IMG/VR virus record: IMGVR_UViG_3300025875_000073
Coordinates: 1 to 34,284 of that record
DNA length: 34,284 nucleotides
Source of the DNA: a virus
Taxonomy: Duplodnaviria > Caudoviricetes
Reading direction: 5' to 3' (one strand)
This document shows positions 16,060 through 23,130 of this stretch, piece by piece (the stretch's first letter is position 1; each line of letters opens with the position of its first letter). The notes under the pieces were generated by a model. The model worked only from the letters and a program-made list of their open reading frames with translations. It was not told the origin of the DNA and ran no database searches. The position numbers and the translations under genes are program-made.

Positions 16060-17090
16060 CCGGCGCTCAGAGGGGCGACTTCGACCGCCCGGTGACCGCC
16101 CCAGTGCCCGTGGACCGCACGGGCGCCGACGACGCGACAGCACTCAGCGCGCGAGCCGGTCGCCGCTACTGGCACGACGCCGAGTTCAGCGGCCGCGTGA
16201 AGGAGGTCGTGCAGATCGCCGAACGCGGCCAGCCCGACGACGGCTTCGACCGCTTCCACAAGGACTCGCTCATCATGGGCGCCGCCTTGGCCTTGGACCT
16301 CGCAGACCAGCTCGCTGCCCTCAAGCCCGCACCCGGCACCCCGCCCGCTGCCCGTACCGGGGAGGACGACGGGGCGGAGGTCGCCCGGCTACGCGCCGAG
16401 CTGGCTAAGCGGACCGCATCGCTGGAGATGTCGCTGGAAATCAGCAGGCACCGTGCTGCCGAGCGGGACGACCTGATCCAGCGCGTCGCCGCCCTGCCTG
16501 CCCGGCCGCTGGTGTCGGGGACGGCGAACCGCGACAACGTGGCGCGGTGGTTCGCGGCCCGCGAGGTGGCAGGCGGCTGGGACCGCACGCTGGGCTGGAG
16601 CGAAGGGGCCGAGATGCGCGCCAGCTGGCTCGCTGACGCCGACGAGCTGCTGGCTCTGCTCACCCCCGAGCCCGCACCCGGCACCGGCAGCGGGCAGGCC
16701 GTGCAGCGCGTGCTGGACGCGTGGGAGGACAACCGATCCCGAGGCTTCGACTGCGAACCGTGTCGAGGCACTGGTCGCGTGCCGCTTCTTGGGATGCCCG
16801 ACGGCAGCGAGGCGGCCACGACGTGCCTGGATTGCGACGGCACCGGCCGCGCCGCCGTGGCTGGCCCCCAGCGCAGGCACGACGAGGAGGGCGTCTGGCA
16901 GCACTTCCGGTACATCGAGCCGCACGAGGCGGTGCCCGTACCCGGGACCGAGGTGCGCAGGTGGAAGCGGGACGTAGCAGCCTGCGCCAACTGCAACAAC
17001 GGCGAGGCGATCCAGCGACCTCGCGACCAGGACGGGGAGTGCGGTGGCGTTAACGGCTTTCACGCGCACGACTGCGAGCGTGCCCGGTGA
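16056..17090 (+). CDS. Mosaic multi-module hypothetical protein with CxxCxGxG Zn finger
   Basis: MTGAQRGDFDR start; PAPGT linkers; CEPCRGTG...CLDCDGTG. Confidence 0.7.
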   Translation: MTGAQRGDFDRPVTAPVPVDRTGADDATALSARAGRRYWHDAEFSGRVKEVVQIAERGQPDDGFDRFHKDSLIMGAALALDLADQLAALKPAPGTPPAARTGEDDGAEVARLRAELAKRTASLEMSLEISRHRAAERDDLIQRVAALPARPLVSGTANRDNVARWFAAREVAGGWDRTLGWSEGAEMRASWLADADELLALLTPEPAPGTGSGQAVQRVLDAWEDNRSRGFDCEPCRGTGRVPLLGMPDGSEAATTCLDCDGTGRAAVAGPQRRHDEEGVWQHFRYIEPHEAVPVPGTEVRRWKRDVAACANCNNGEAIQRPRDQDGECGGVNGFHAHDCERAR

Positions 17091-17617
17091 CCGCCGCCTC
17101 GGGTGCCGACCCGGAGTGGATGCAGCAGTTGGGCATCACCCGCGCCGAGGTGGATGCGCAGAACGCCCGCGACCGCGCTGCCGCCTCGGGCGACGACCGA
17201 CGCTGCCCCTCTGTGTGCGACCCCGACTGCGACGCCACCTGCCACGAGGCGCACCAGCCTCGGATCAAGCAGCAGCACGACCCGGTGACGTGCTCGGGCG
17301 CCGACCAGCCCACCCTCCGCGACCAGCTCGCCGAGGTCGCCCGAGCCCACGAGTTCGATCCCGTCGGCCGCATCTGCTCCTGCGGCGTCCTGTGCGGCGT
17401 GGTGTGCGACAACCTCACCTACGGGCAGCACCTGGCCGACCAGCAGCTGCCGCTGATCGAGGCGGACCGGGAACGCGCCGAGGCCGAGGCGGCAGCGGAG
17501 GCGCTGGCCGCCGTCAGACGACGGGTGGTTAACACCGTCGACCCGGCGCAGCCGGGCACCGCCGTGAAGGCGGACTGCCTGGCGCTGCTGCGCGCCACCA
17601 CGGGGAGGCCGGAGTGA
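17087..17617 (+). CDS. Cys/His-rich hypothetical protein
   Basis: Coupled at both ends. Confidence 0.68.
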   Translation: MTAASGADPEWMQQLGITRAEVDAQNARDRAAASGDDRRCPSVCDPDCDATCHEAHQPRIKQQHDPVTCSGADQPTLRDQLAEVARAHEFDPVGRICSCGVLCGVVCDNLTYGQHLADQQLPLIEADRERAEAEAAAEALAAVRRRVVNTVDPAQPGTAVKADCLALLRATTGRPE

Positions 17618-17772
17618 GCGGCCACCACCCGCGGCTGCTGCGCACCGGCCGTCACGGCTGCTGGGCCGAGTGCACGTGCGGCTGGCTGTCCGCGCTGTGG
17701 ACCTCGACGGTCGGGGCGCACCTGGCGTTCGGGCAGCACCTCATCGACCGATGGAAGGCAGGAAGCCGATGA
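17614..17772 (+). CDS. 52-aa CxC/His microprotein
   Basis: MSGHHPRL...AECTCGW...GQHL; coupled at both ends; not in the ORF track. Confidence 0.6.
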   Translation: MSGHHPRLLRTGRHGCWAECTCGWLSALWTSTVGAHLAFGQHLIDRWKAGSR

Positions 17773-18545
17773 CCTCCCCCGCCAGCCCCCAGCCCGGCAA
17801 CCGGGACGAGCACCGATCGTCGGCCCCGGTAAGCGGCTTTGAGGATGAACAGGAGATCCTCCACCGCCGCGCCGCTGCGGCTGCCGCCCAGCCCGGCGCA
17901 GGCGGGGAAGCGGACGACGGGTCCGGAGAAAGTAAGCCCCCCTGGGCGTATGGCCGGGTCTTTCCGTGCACGGTCACCGACGAGCTTGCGCTCCCAGGGG
18001 GTGACTCCGATGCTACCTCGACCGCACCGTCGGCGGGGCAAGACACCGGCGGCCTCTGCGAGCACGGCGGCGATAACCCGATCTACTGCTGGGGCTGCAA
18101 CCCGCCGCGGCCAGCCCCGTGGCGGGTTGGCCAGCACTACGGCCTGCACGTCTACGAGGGCGAGCGGCCCGTCGCCACCTTCCACCGCCCCGAGGACGCG
18201 GCACGGGCCGTGGACGCGGTCAACGGGGCCGCACCCGCGGGGCAGGACACCGAGCGGCTGCGGGAGGAGATCGCGGCGGCGCTACGGCGGCGCATGGACG
18301 GCGAACTGTGGGTCAGCGCCAAAGACGCCGACGACCTAGCCGACGCCCTGCTGCCCTCGCTCACCCGCCTGGTCGCTGAGCGCAACGAGGCCCGCGCCCA
18401 GGTGCAGCGGGTGCGGGACTTGTCGACCGAGCTAGAGCGCGAGGCGGCGCGAGGAGCGCATCCCGCCCGTCGCGAGGCCGCCGACCGCCTTCGCCGCGCT
18501 CTGGGCGGCACCACGGGGCAGCCACCCGAGGGGACGGGGACGTGA
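17769..18545 (+). CDS. Mosaic hypothetical protein
   Basis: ATGA start; two AGQDT linkers; coiled-coil C-terminus (ERNEARAQVQRVRDL). Confidence 0.65.
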   Translation: MTSPASPQPGNRDEHRSSAPVSGFEDEQEILHRRAAAAAAQPGAGGEADDGSGESKPPWAYGRVFPCTVTDELALPGGDSDATSTAPSAGQDTGGLCEHGGDNPIYCWGCNPPRPAPWRVGQHYGLHVYEGERPVATFHRPEDAARAVDAVNGAAPAGQDTERLREEIAAALRRRMDGELWVSAKDADDLADALLPSLTRLVAERNEARAQVQRVRDLSTELEREAARGAHPARREAADRLRRALGGTTGQPPEGTGT

Positions 18546-18655
18546 GCTGGCACTGGCACCGCTGGACGCGGTGGGAGGACTTCAACCAGCCGTACACGAT
18601 GCAGCGCCGCTGGTGCACCTCCTGCGACAAGCGGCGCGATCGGATCGTCTGGTGA
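18542..18655 (+). CDS. 37-aa Trp/Cys microprotein
   Basis: MSWHWHRWTRW...QRRWCTSCDK; GTGA overlaps at both ends. Confidence 0.55.
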   Translation: MSWHWHRWTRWEDFNQPYTMQRRWCTSCDKRRDRIVW

Positions 18656-19068
18656 GCCGCCAGCAGCAGTCCGGCGCGCACCGCGACGTGCACGTGCCGT
18701 GGCGCATCTCCCTCACCTGCCGCCTGTTCGGGCACGCCGAACCGTTCGAGCACCTCACCAACGGCTGGGTGCTGTGCACCCGCTGCACCCCCCCTCTCGC
18801 CGAGGGCGACGTCATCGACCACCTCTGCCGCAACCCGCCGTGCGTCAACCCACAGCACCTGGACGTCGTCACCAACCGGGAGAATGTGCTGCGCGGCATG
18901 TCCCCCACCGCCGTCGTGCACAGGCAGCGCCGATGCGGCCGAGGCCACGCGATCGAAGGCAACAACGTCTACACCCCGGCGAAGTACCCGACGCAGCGCC
19001 ACTGCCGCGAGTGCCGCAACCGGAACAAGCGCGCCTCTGCCGCCCGGAGCCGAAAGGCGACCGCATGA
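18652..19068 (+). CDS. HNH endonuclease-domain fusion protein
   Basis: IDHLCRNPPCVNPQHLDVVTNREN; CGRGH...CREC; N-terminal CRLFGH...CTRC module. Confidence 0.78.
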   Translation: MSRQQQSGAHRDVHVPWRISLTCRLFGHAEPFEHLTNGWVLCTRCTPPLAEGDVIDHLCRNPPCVNPQHLDVVTNRENVLRGMSPTAVVHRQRRCGRGHAIEGNNVYTPAKYPTQRHCRECRNRNKRASAARSRKATA

Positions 19069-19802
19069 CCGAGCCACCTTCCCCGCACCGGTGCGGGCGC
19101 GGGCCTCGCTGCAACGCCTCCGAGCCCAACCCAACCGACCCAACCGCCACGAAGAAGGTCGGCGCCACCTGCGACCGACCACTGTGCGGCGCGTGCGAAA
19201 CCGCCGCCGCCCGAGTCCTCGCCCAAGCCCCCTGGCTGTACCGCGACCTGCGCGGACACACCCTGCTCACCACCGCAGCCGTGCGCTCCGAGATGGTCAC
19301 CGCATCCCGCGCCAACCCCATGCCGCTCAACGCCCAGGCGTTCCACCTCGCCGAACAGGTGCACCAGCTCCTCACCCGCTGGGAAGACGAAGTGCGCACC
19401 ACCGCCGGGCTGTCGGACCCCGTGCGTGACGGCAAGCGCGAGGGCCGGCAGGTAGTCGACGCGGCGGTGCTGCTCGCCGCCCATCTGCCCGCCTGGGTAT
19501 CCGCCCCCGTCACCGCGTTCGCCGTGTCGCGGCAGGAACCCGAGATCGAGCAGTCCGGCGCCCAGGCCGTTGCCGAGCTGCTCGACTGGCGGTCGCACGT
19601 ACGCAACCTGCCCGGCCTCGACCGGGACGCCAAGACTGCGGTGCGCCGTTACCGCGACTTTCGATGCCCCGCCTGCGGCATCCAAGGGGCCGTCACCCAC
19701 CACGCCGGGGACGACCTCATGCAGTGCCAGAACTGCCAGGCCACCCATGAGTACCGGCCGCCGCTGCCCGACGACGCTGACTACGTGGAGGGAGCCGCGT
19801 GA
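19065..19802 (+). CDS. Cys-rich putative late transcriptional regulator
   Basis: LCGAC, C-terminal CPACG...CQNC ribbon; last large gene before the late region. Function inferred from position. Confidence 0.55.
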   Translation: MTEPPSPHRCGRGPRCNASEPNPTDPTATKKVGATCDRPLCGACETAAARVLAQAPWLYRDLRGHTLLTTAAVRSEMVTASRANPMPLNAQAFHLAEQVHQLLTRWEDEVRTTAGLSDPVRDGKREGRQVVDAAVLLAAHLPAWVSAPVTAFAVSRQEPEIEQSGAQAVAELLDWRSHVRNLPGLDRDAKTAVRRYRDFRCPACGIQGAVTHHAGDDLMQCQNCQATHEYRPPLPDDADYVEGAA

Positions 19803-20020
19803 ACCCGTACAGCGGGGACGACTGCGTGTGCCCGAAGTGCCTTCACCAGGGCGCGGACACCGAGTGGCAGCCATCGAACGTCGAGATCACGACATGGGGC
19901 CGCCTATTGGACAGGGGCACCCTGTCGCAGTCCGCCGAGCCCGGCTGGCTGCTGCGCACCTGTCAGCGCTGCCGCTACCTGTGGGCCGAAGCCACCGAGG
20001 ACGCGCAGGTGGCCGGGTGA
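19799..20020 (+). CDS. Small CxxC...CxxC protein
   Basis: CPKC...CQRCRYLW; coupled. Confidence 0.65.
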   Translation: MNPYSGDDCVCPKCLHQGADTEWQPSNVEITTWGRLLDRGTLSQSAEPGWLLRTCQRCRYLWAEATEDAQVAG

Positions 20021-20295
20021 ACGGCCCGTGTGACCTGCTGGAGCGCCTGGAGCGAGAAGACATACACGACGCCGTCCTGACCGTCGCCGAGGCTGCCATC
20101 TACGCCCAGGTGACCGAGCAGCAGGTGCGGGACTGGAAGCGCCGCGGACACCTGCGGCCGTGCGACTACGGACCACGGCGCCGGCCCCTGTTCCGCGGCA
20201 TCGACGTCGTACTCGCCAAGAACGCCGCGGAACGGAACCTGGCGCGCACGCAAGTCCAGAACCTGGCGACACGCGAGGCAAGCGCGTCGGCTTGA
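20017..20295 (+). CDS. MerR/excisionase-like HTH DNA-binding protein
   Basis: LTVAEAAIYAQVTEQQVRDWKRRGHL...PLFR. Confidence 0.78.
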   Translation: MNGPCDLLERLEREDIHDAVLTVAEAAIYAQVTEQQVRDWKRRGHLRPCDYGPRRRPLFRGIDVVLAKNAAERNLARTQVQNLATREASASA

Positions 20296-20320
20296 CGGAG
20301 AGTGATTCGGCTGCCACGCT
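20292..20320 (+). promoter_or_regulatory. Putative late promoter TTGACG-N17-CACGCT
   Basis: Same architecture as 12039; at the start of the late leader. Confidence 0.55.
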
Positions 20321-20350
20321 AGGTCCAGCGGATGACGTGTCTCCGCACCT

Positions 20351-20391
20351 AGCCCCGCAGTCGCCGTAAGAGCGCGCGGGGCTTCGTCGTC
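20351..20391 (+). terminator. Hairpin terminator/attenuator in the late leader
   Basis: AGCCCCGC/GCGGGGCT stem followed by TCGTCGTC. Confidence 0.5.
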
Positions 20392-20418
20392 TCCGGGGGG
20401 CAATCCCGCGAGGCGACC

Positions 20419-20684
20419 GCGATCAGGTGCCTCATCCCGCGCGGGGCCAAGCTAGGCGGGACGGGCGTAAGCGCCTGGTGGCTCTTGACCCTCGGGTCCA
20501 ACCATCGCGCCGCTACGCCTCGACCAGCGGCCTGATCGCCCCAACGTCCCAGCCGGAGCCCCTGGTTCACAGCTGGGATCGGCTTCGTCCAACAGCGGCG
20601 GGCCACCAGACCGGAGCCAGCTACCAACGGCCCGGACAACTGAACAGTGCGTGCCGCCCCGCAGCCACACGGCCGGGGCGGCAC
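20419..20684 (+). ncRNA. Putative structured non-coding RNA
   Basis: GCGATCAGG/CCTGATCGC closes four hairpins; TCCCAGC/GCTGGGA stem; 11-bp GTGCCGCCCCG/CGGGGCGGCAC stem; no credible ORF. Confidence 0.45.
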
Positions 20685-20691
20685 GGCACAC

Positions 20692-20765
20692 ACCGGGGTG
20701 GAGCAGTTCGGTAGCTCGCCAGGCTCATAACCTGGAGGTCGAGGGTTCGAATCCCTCTCCCGGCA
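20692..20765 (+). tRNA. tRNA-Met (CAT), initiator-like
   Basis: Cloverleaf: D arm GAGC/GCTC, anticodon arm CCAGG-CTCATAA-CCTGG, T arm GAGGG-TTCGAAT-CCCTC; 1x72 mismatch and A11:U24; CCA not encoded. Confidence 0.92.
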
Positions 20766-20921
20766 CTGAGGATCGGTCCTCGACAGCCTGCGGTGATGCG
20801 CAGCCGTGCTGGGACAGTGAGCCAAGTGGGAGAACCCCGGAGACCCTGCCTCCGGTTACGTAACCAGCCGGTCCTCTCTCAAGCCCTCACCGCGCGCCGC
20901 CTGGGGAAGAGGTGACCCGCG

Positions 20922-22409
20922 GTGAGCACCACCTGGCTCGACCACGCCATCGCCGCCTTCGAGCAGCCCACCGGGCCGCGCTGGGCCACGCCCGGCGACC
21001 TCGCCAAGGCCATCAACCCCGCGACCGTGCAGACACCGGCGCTCGACCTCATCGACCAGGCGCTCGTCGACGTCGCCAACACCTCCGACGGCCGGCTCAT
21101 CATCACGATGCCGCCGCAGGAGGGGAAGTCCACCCGGGTCGCCGGCGACTTCCCCACCTGGTGGCTCACCCAGCACCCCGAGGCCCGCATCGTCGTCGCC
21201 TCCTACGGCCAAGGCCTGGCCACCCGCAACGGGCGGGCGATCCGCAACCGCATCACCTCCCACCCCGAGCTGGGCTTGGCCATCGCCCCCGACAACGGCG
21301 CCGTTCACGAGTGGACGCTGAACGGACACCGCGGCGGCGTCCTGTCCGTGGGCATCGGCGGTGGCCTCACCGGCCGCCCCGCCGACGTCATGGTCATCGA
21401 CGACCCGATCAAGGACCGCAAGGAAGCGGACTCGGAGACGTTCCGCGGCAACGTGTGGGACTGGTGGACCGACGTCGCCTCCACCCGCCTCGCCCCCGGC
21501 GCCCCCGTCGTCGTCATCCTCACCCGCTGGCACGAAGACGACCTGGCCGGACGGCTCCTCGCCGCACCCGACGGGCACCTGTGGCGGGTCGTCAACATCC
21601 CCGCCCAAGCTGACCACGACCCGGCCAAGGGCGAGACGGACGCGCTGGACCGCGAGGTCGGCGAGTTCATGCGCTCCGCCCGCGGACGGACCCTCGAGCA
21701 GTGGGCCGCGATCAAGGTCCGCTCCGGGGCGCGTACGTGGGCATCGCTGTACCAAGGCCGACCGGCGCCGGCCGAGGGGTCCCTGTTCAAGCGCGACCAG
21801 TGGGCCCGCTACGAGGCCCCACTGTGGGTCGAGCGGAACGACGGTTCCTTCTGGGTACCCACCTCGCCCGGTGACGAGATCGCGATGTCCTGGGACTGCG
21901 CTTTCCGCGACACCAAAAACTCGGACTACGTCGTCGGTGGCGTCTGGCTCCGCCGCGGTGTCGAGCTCTACCTGCTGGACATGGTGCGCCGGCGCATGAA
22001 CTTCACGGACACTGTGGGCGCTGTTCGGTCGATGTCGGCGAAGTGGCCGCAGGCGATCGCGAAGTTCATCGAGGCGAAGGCCAACGGCGACGCGGTGATC
22101 AATCTGCTGTCCCGGTCGGTGCCGGGCCTGATCCCGGTGGAGCCGGAGGGCGGCAAGGTCGCCCGCGCGAATGCCGCCTCGCCGTTCGTGGAGGCCGGGA
22201 ACGTCTGGTTGCCGGCGTCGGAGCTGCTACCGGTCGTCGACGAGCTCGTCGAGGAGGCCGCCGCGTTCCCCAACGGCCGTTTCGATGACGCGGTGGACAT
22301 GACCACTCAGGCCATCAACCGCATGATGATCAGCCCGTTCCTGTTCGGCGAGGGCGACGAGCCGGACTGGGATGAGGTCGACGAAGAGCTGCGGATCAGC
22401 AGCTACTAG
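20922..22409 (+). CDS. terL: Terminase large subunit
   Basis: ITMPPQEGKS Walker A, VIDDPIK Walker B, SWDCAF...SDY nuclease domain, FPNGRFDDAVD. Confidence 0.95.
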   Translation: MSTTWLDHAIAAFEQPTGPRWATPGDLAKAINPATVQTPALDLIDQALVDVANTSDGRLIITMPPQEGKSTRVAGDFPTWWLTQHPEARIVVASYGQGLATRNGRAIRNRITSHPELGLAIAPDNGAVHEWTLNGHRGGVLSVGIGGGLTGRPADVMVIDDPIKDRKEADSETFRGNVWDWWTDVASTRLAPGAPVVVILTRWHEDDLAGRLLAAPDGHLWRVVNIPAQADHDPAKGETDALDREVGEFMRSARGRTLEQWAAIKVRSGARTWASLYQGRPAPAEGSLFKRDQWARYEAPLWVERNDGSFWVPTSPGDEIAMSWDCAFRDTKNSDYVVGGVWLRRGVELYLLDMVRRRMNFTDTVGAVRSMSAKWPQAIAKFIEAKANGDAVINLLSRSVPGLIPVEPEGGKVARANAASPFVEAGNVWLPASELLPVVDELVEEAAAFPNGRFDDAVDMTTQAINRMMISPFLFGEGDEPDWDEVDEELRISSY

Positions 22410-22414
22410 ACGTC

Positions 22415-22496
22415 TGACCAGCTAGGATGGGCAGCAAGAACCCCGGCGGAGGCGGCAACCTCCCCGGGGCGTGGACGACCTGGATGAGAGGCCGAC
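22415..22496 (+). promoter_or_regulatory. HNH-associated promoter and structured leader, copy 2
   Basis: TGACCAGC-TAGGAT-GGGCAGCAAGA, CCCCGG/CCGGGG stem enclosing GAGG-CGGCAA-CCTC. Confidence 0.7.
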
Positions 22497-23117
22497 ATGG
22501 CGAACCGTACCTGCTCGATCGACGGCTGCACGAGACCGCATAGCTGTCGCGGCTGGTGTCACCTGCACTACTCCCGCTGGCGTCGGTACGGCGACCCCCT
22601 TGCCCTACGGCGCGCACCGGCCGGCGCCTCTGCTGACGAGCGCTTGCGGTTCATCGGCTGGACCGAGGTGCTGCGCCGTCCCGAACTCGGGCCCTGCTGG
22701 GAATGGCGTGGCGCCCGGAACCCAAAGGGGTACGGGAAGCTGGGCGCCATCGAGGGCAAGTCGCACGATGCTCACCGCTTGGCCTATTTGACCTGGATCG
22801 GCTCGCTCGAGCTTGGCCAGAACGCCTGCCATCGCTGCGATAACCCGCCGTGCATCAACCCGGCGCACCTATTCGCGGGGACTACTGCCCAGAACATGGC
22901 CGACATGGCCAGCAAGCGACGTAGTCGGAATGGCGAGCGACACGTCGACGCGAAGCTGTCCGACGCTGACGTAGCCGCCATCCGGGCCTCCTACACCGGC
23001 CGGCATGGCGAGAAGTCGCAGATCGCCCGCGACTACGGCGTGAGCCTTGCCCTCGTCAGCCTGATTGTCCGCGGCCTGCACCGGACCCGCCCAACGAATC
23101 CGCCGATCGCCAGCTGA
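22497..23117 (+). CDS. HNH homing endonuclease between terL and portal
   Basis: RTCSIDGC..GWC..HY N-module; AHRLAY...CHRCDNPPCINPAHL...N; C-terminal HTH. Confidence 0.9.
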   Translation: MANRTCSIDGCTRPHSCRGWCHLHYSRWRRYGDPLALRRAPAGASADERLRFIGWTEVLRRPELGPCWEWRGARNPKGYGKLGAIEGKSHDAHRLAYLTWIGSLELGQNACHRCDNPPCINPAHLFAGTTAQNMADMASKRRSRNGERHVDAKLSDADVAAIRASYTGRHGEKSQIARDYGVSLALVSLIVRGLHRTRPTNPPIAS

Positions 23118-23130
23118 CTGACCGACGGGG

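Larger units (their letters stand above)
14713..16085 (+). repeat. Five dispersed junction repeats (core CAGAGGGGC)
   Basis: Copies at 14713, 15049, 15246, 15829, 16056; four coincide with stop/start overlaps. Confidence 0.85.

Noticed and set aside
14713-16085. CRISPR array or integron attC interpretation of the junction repeats
   Set aside because: Spacing is 200-580 nt and coding, the repeats are not palindromic, and there is no cas gene or tyrosine integron integrase.
6235-17090. Generic (A/G)TGACCGC starts (MTA...) as part of the cassette repeat
   Set aside because: Expected from ATGA/GTGA overlaps plus common Thr/Ala codons; only copies with the CAGAGGGGC core were counted.
20854-20865. 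GGTTACGTAACC palindrome as a cos site
   Set aside because: cos overhangs are generally not palindromic and the packaging mode cannot be determined from sequence alone.
22410-23130. HNH inserts as group I/II introns or inteins
   Set aside because: The flanking terL, portal and protease ORFs are intact, and no intron core or intein motifs were seen.
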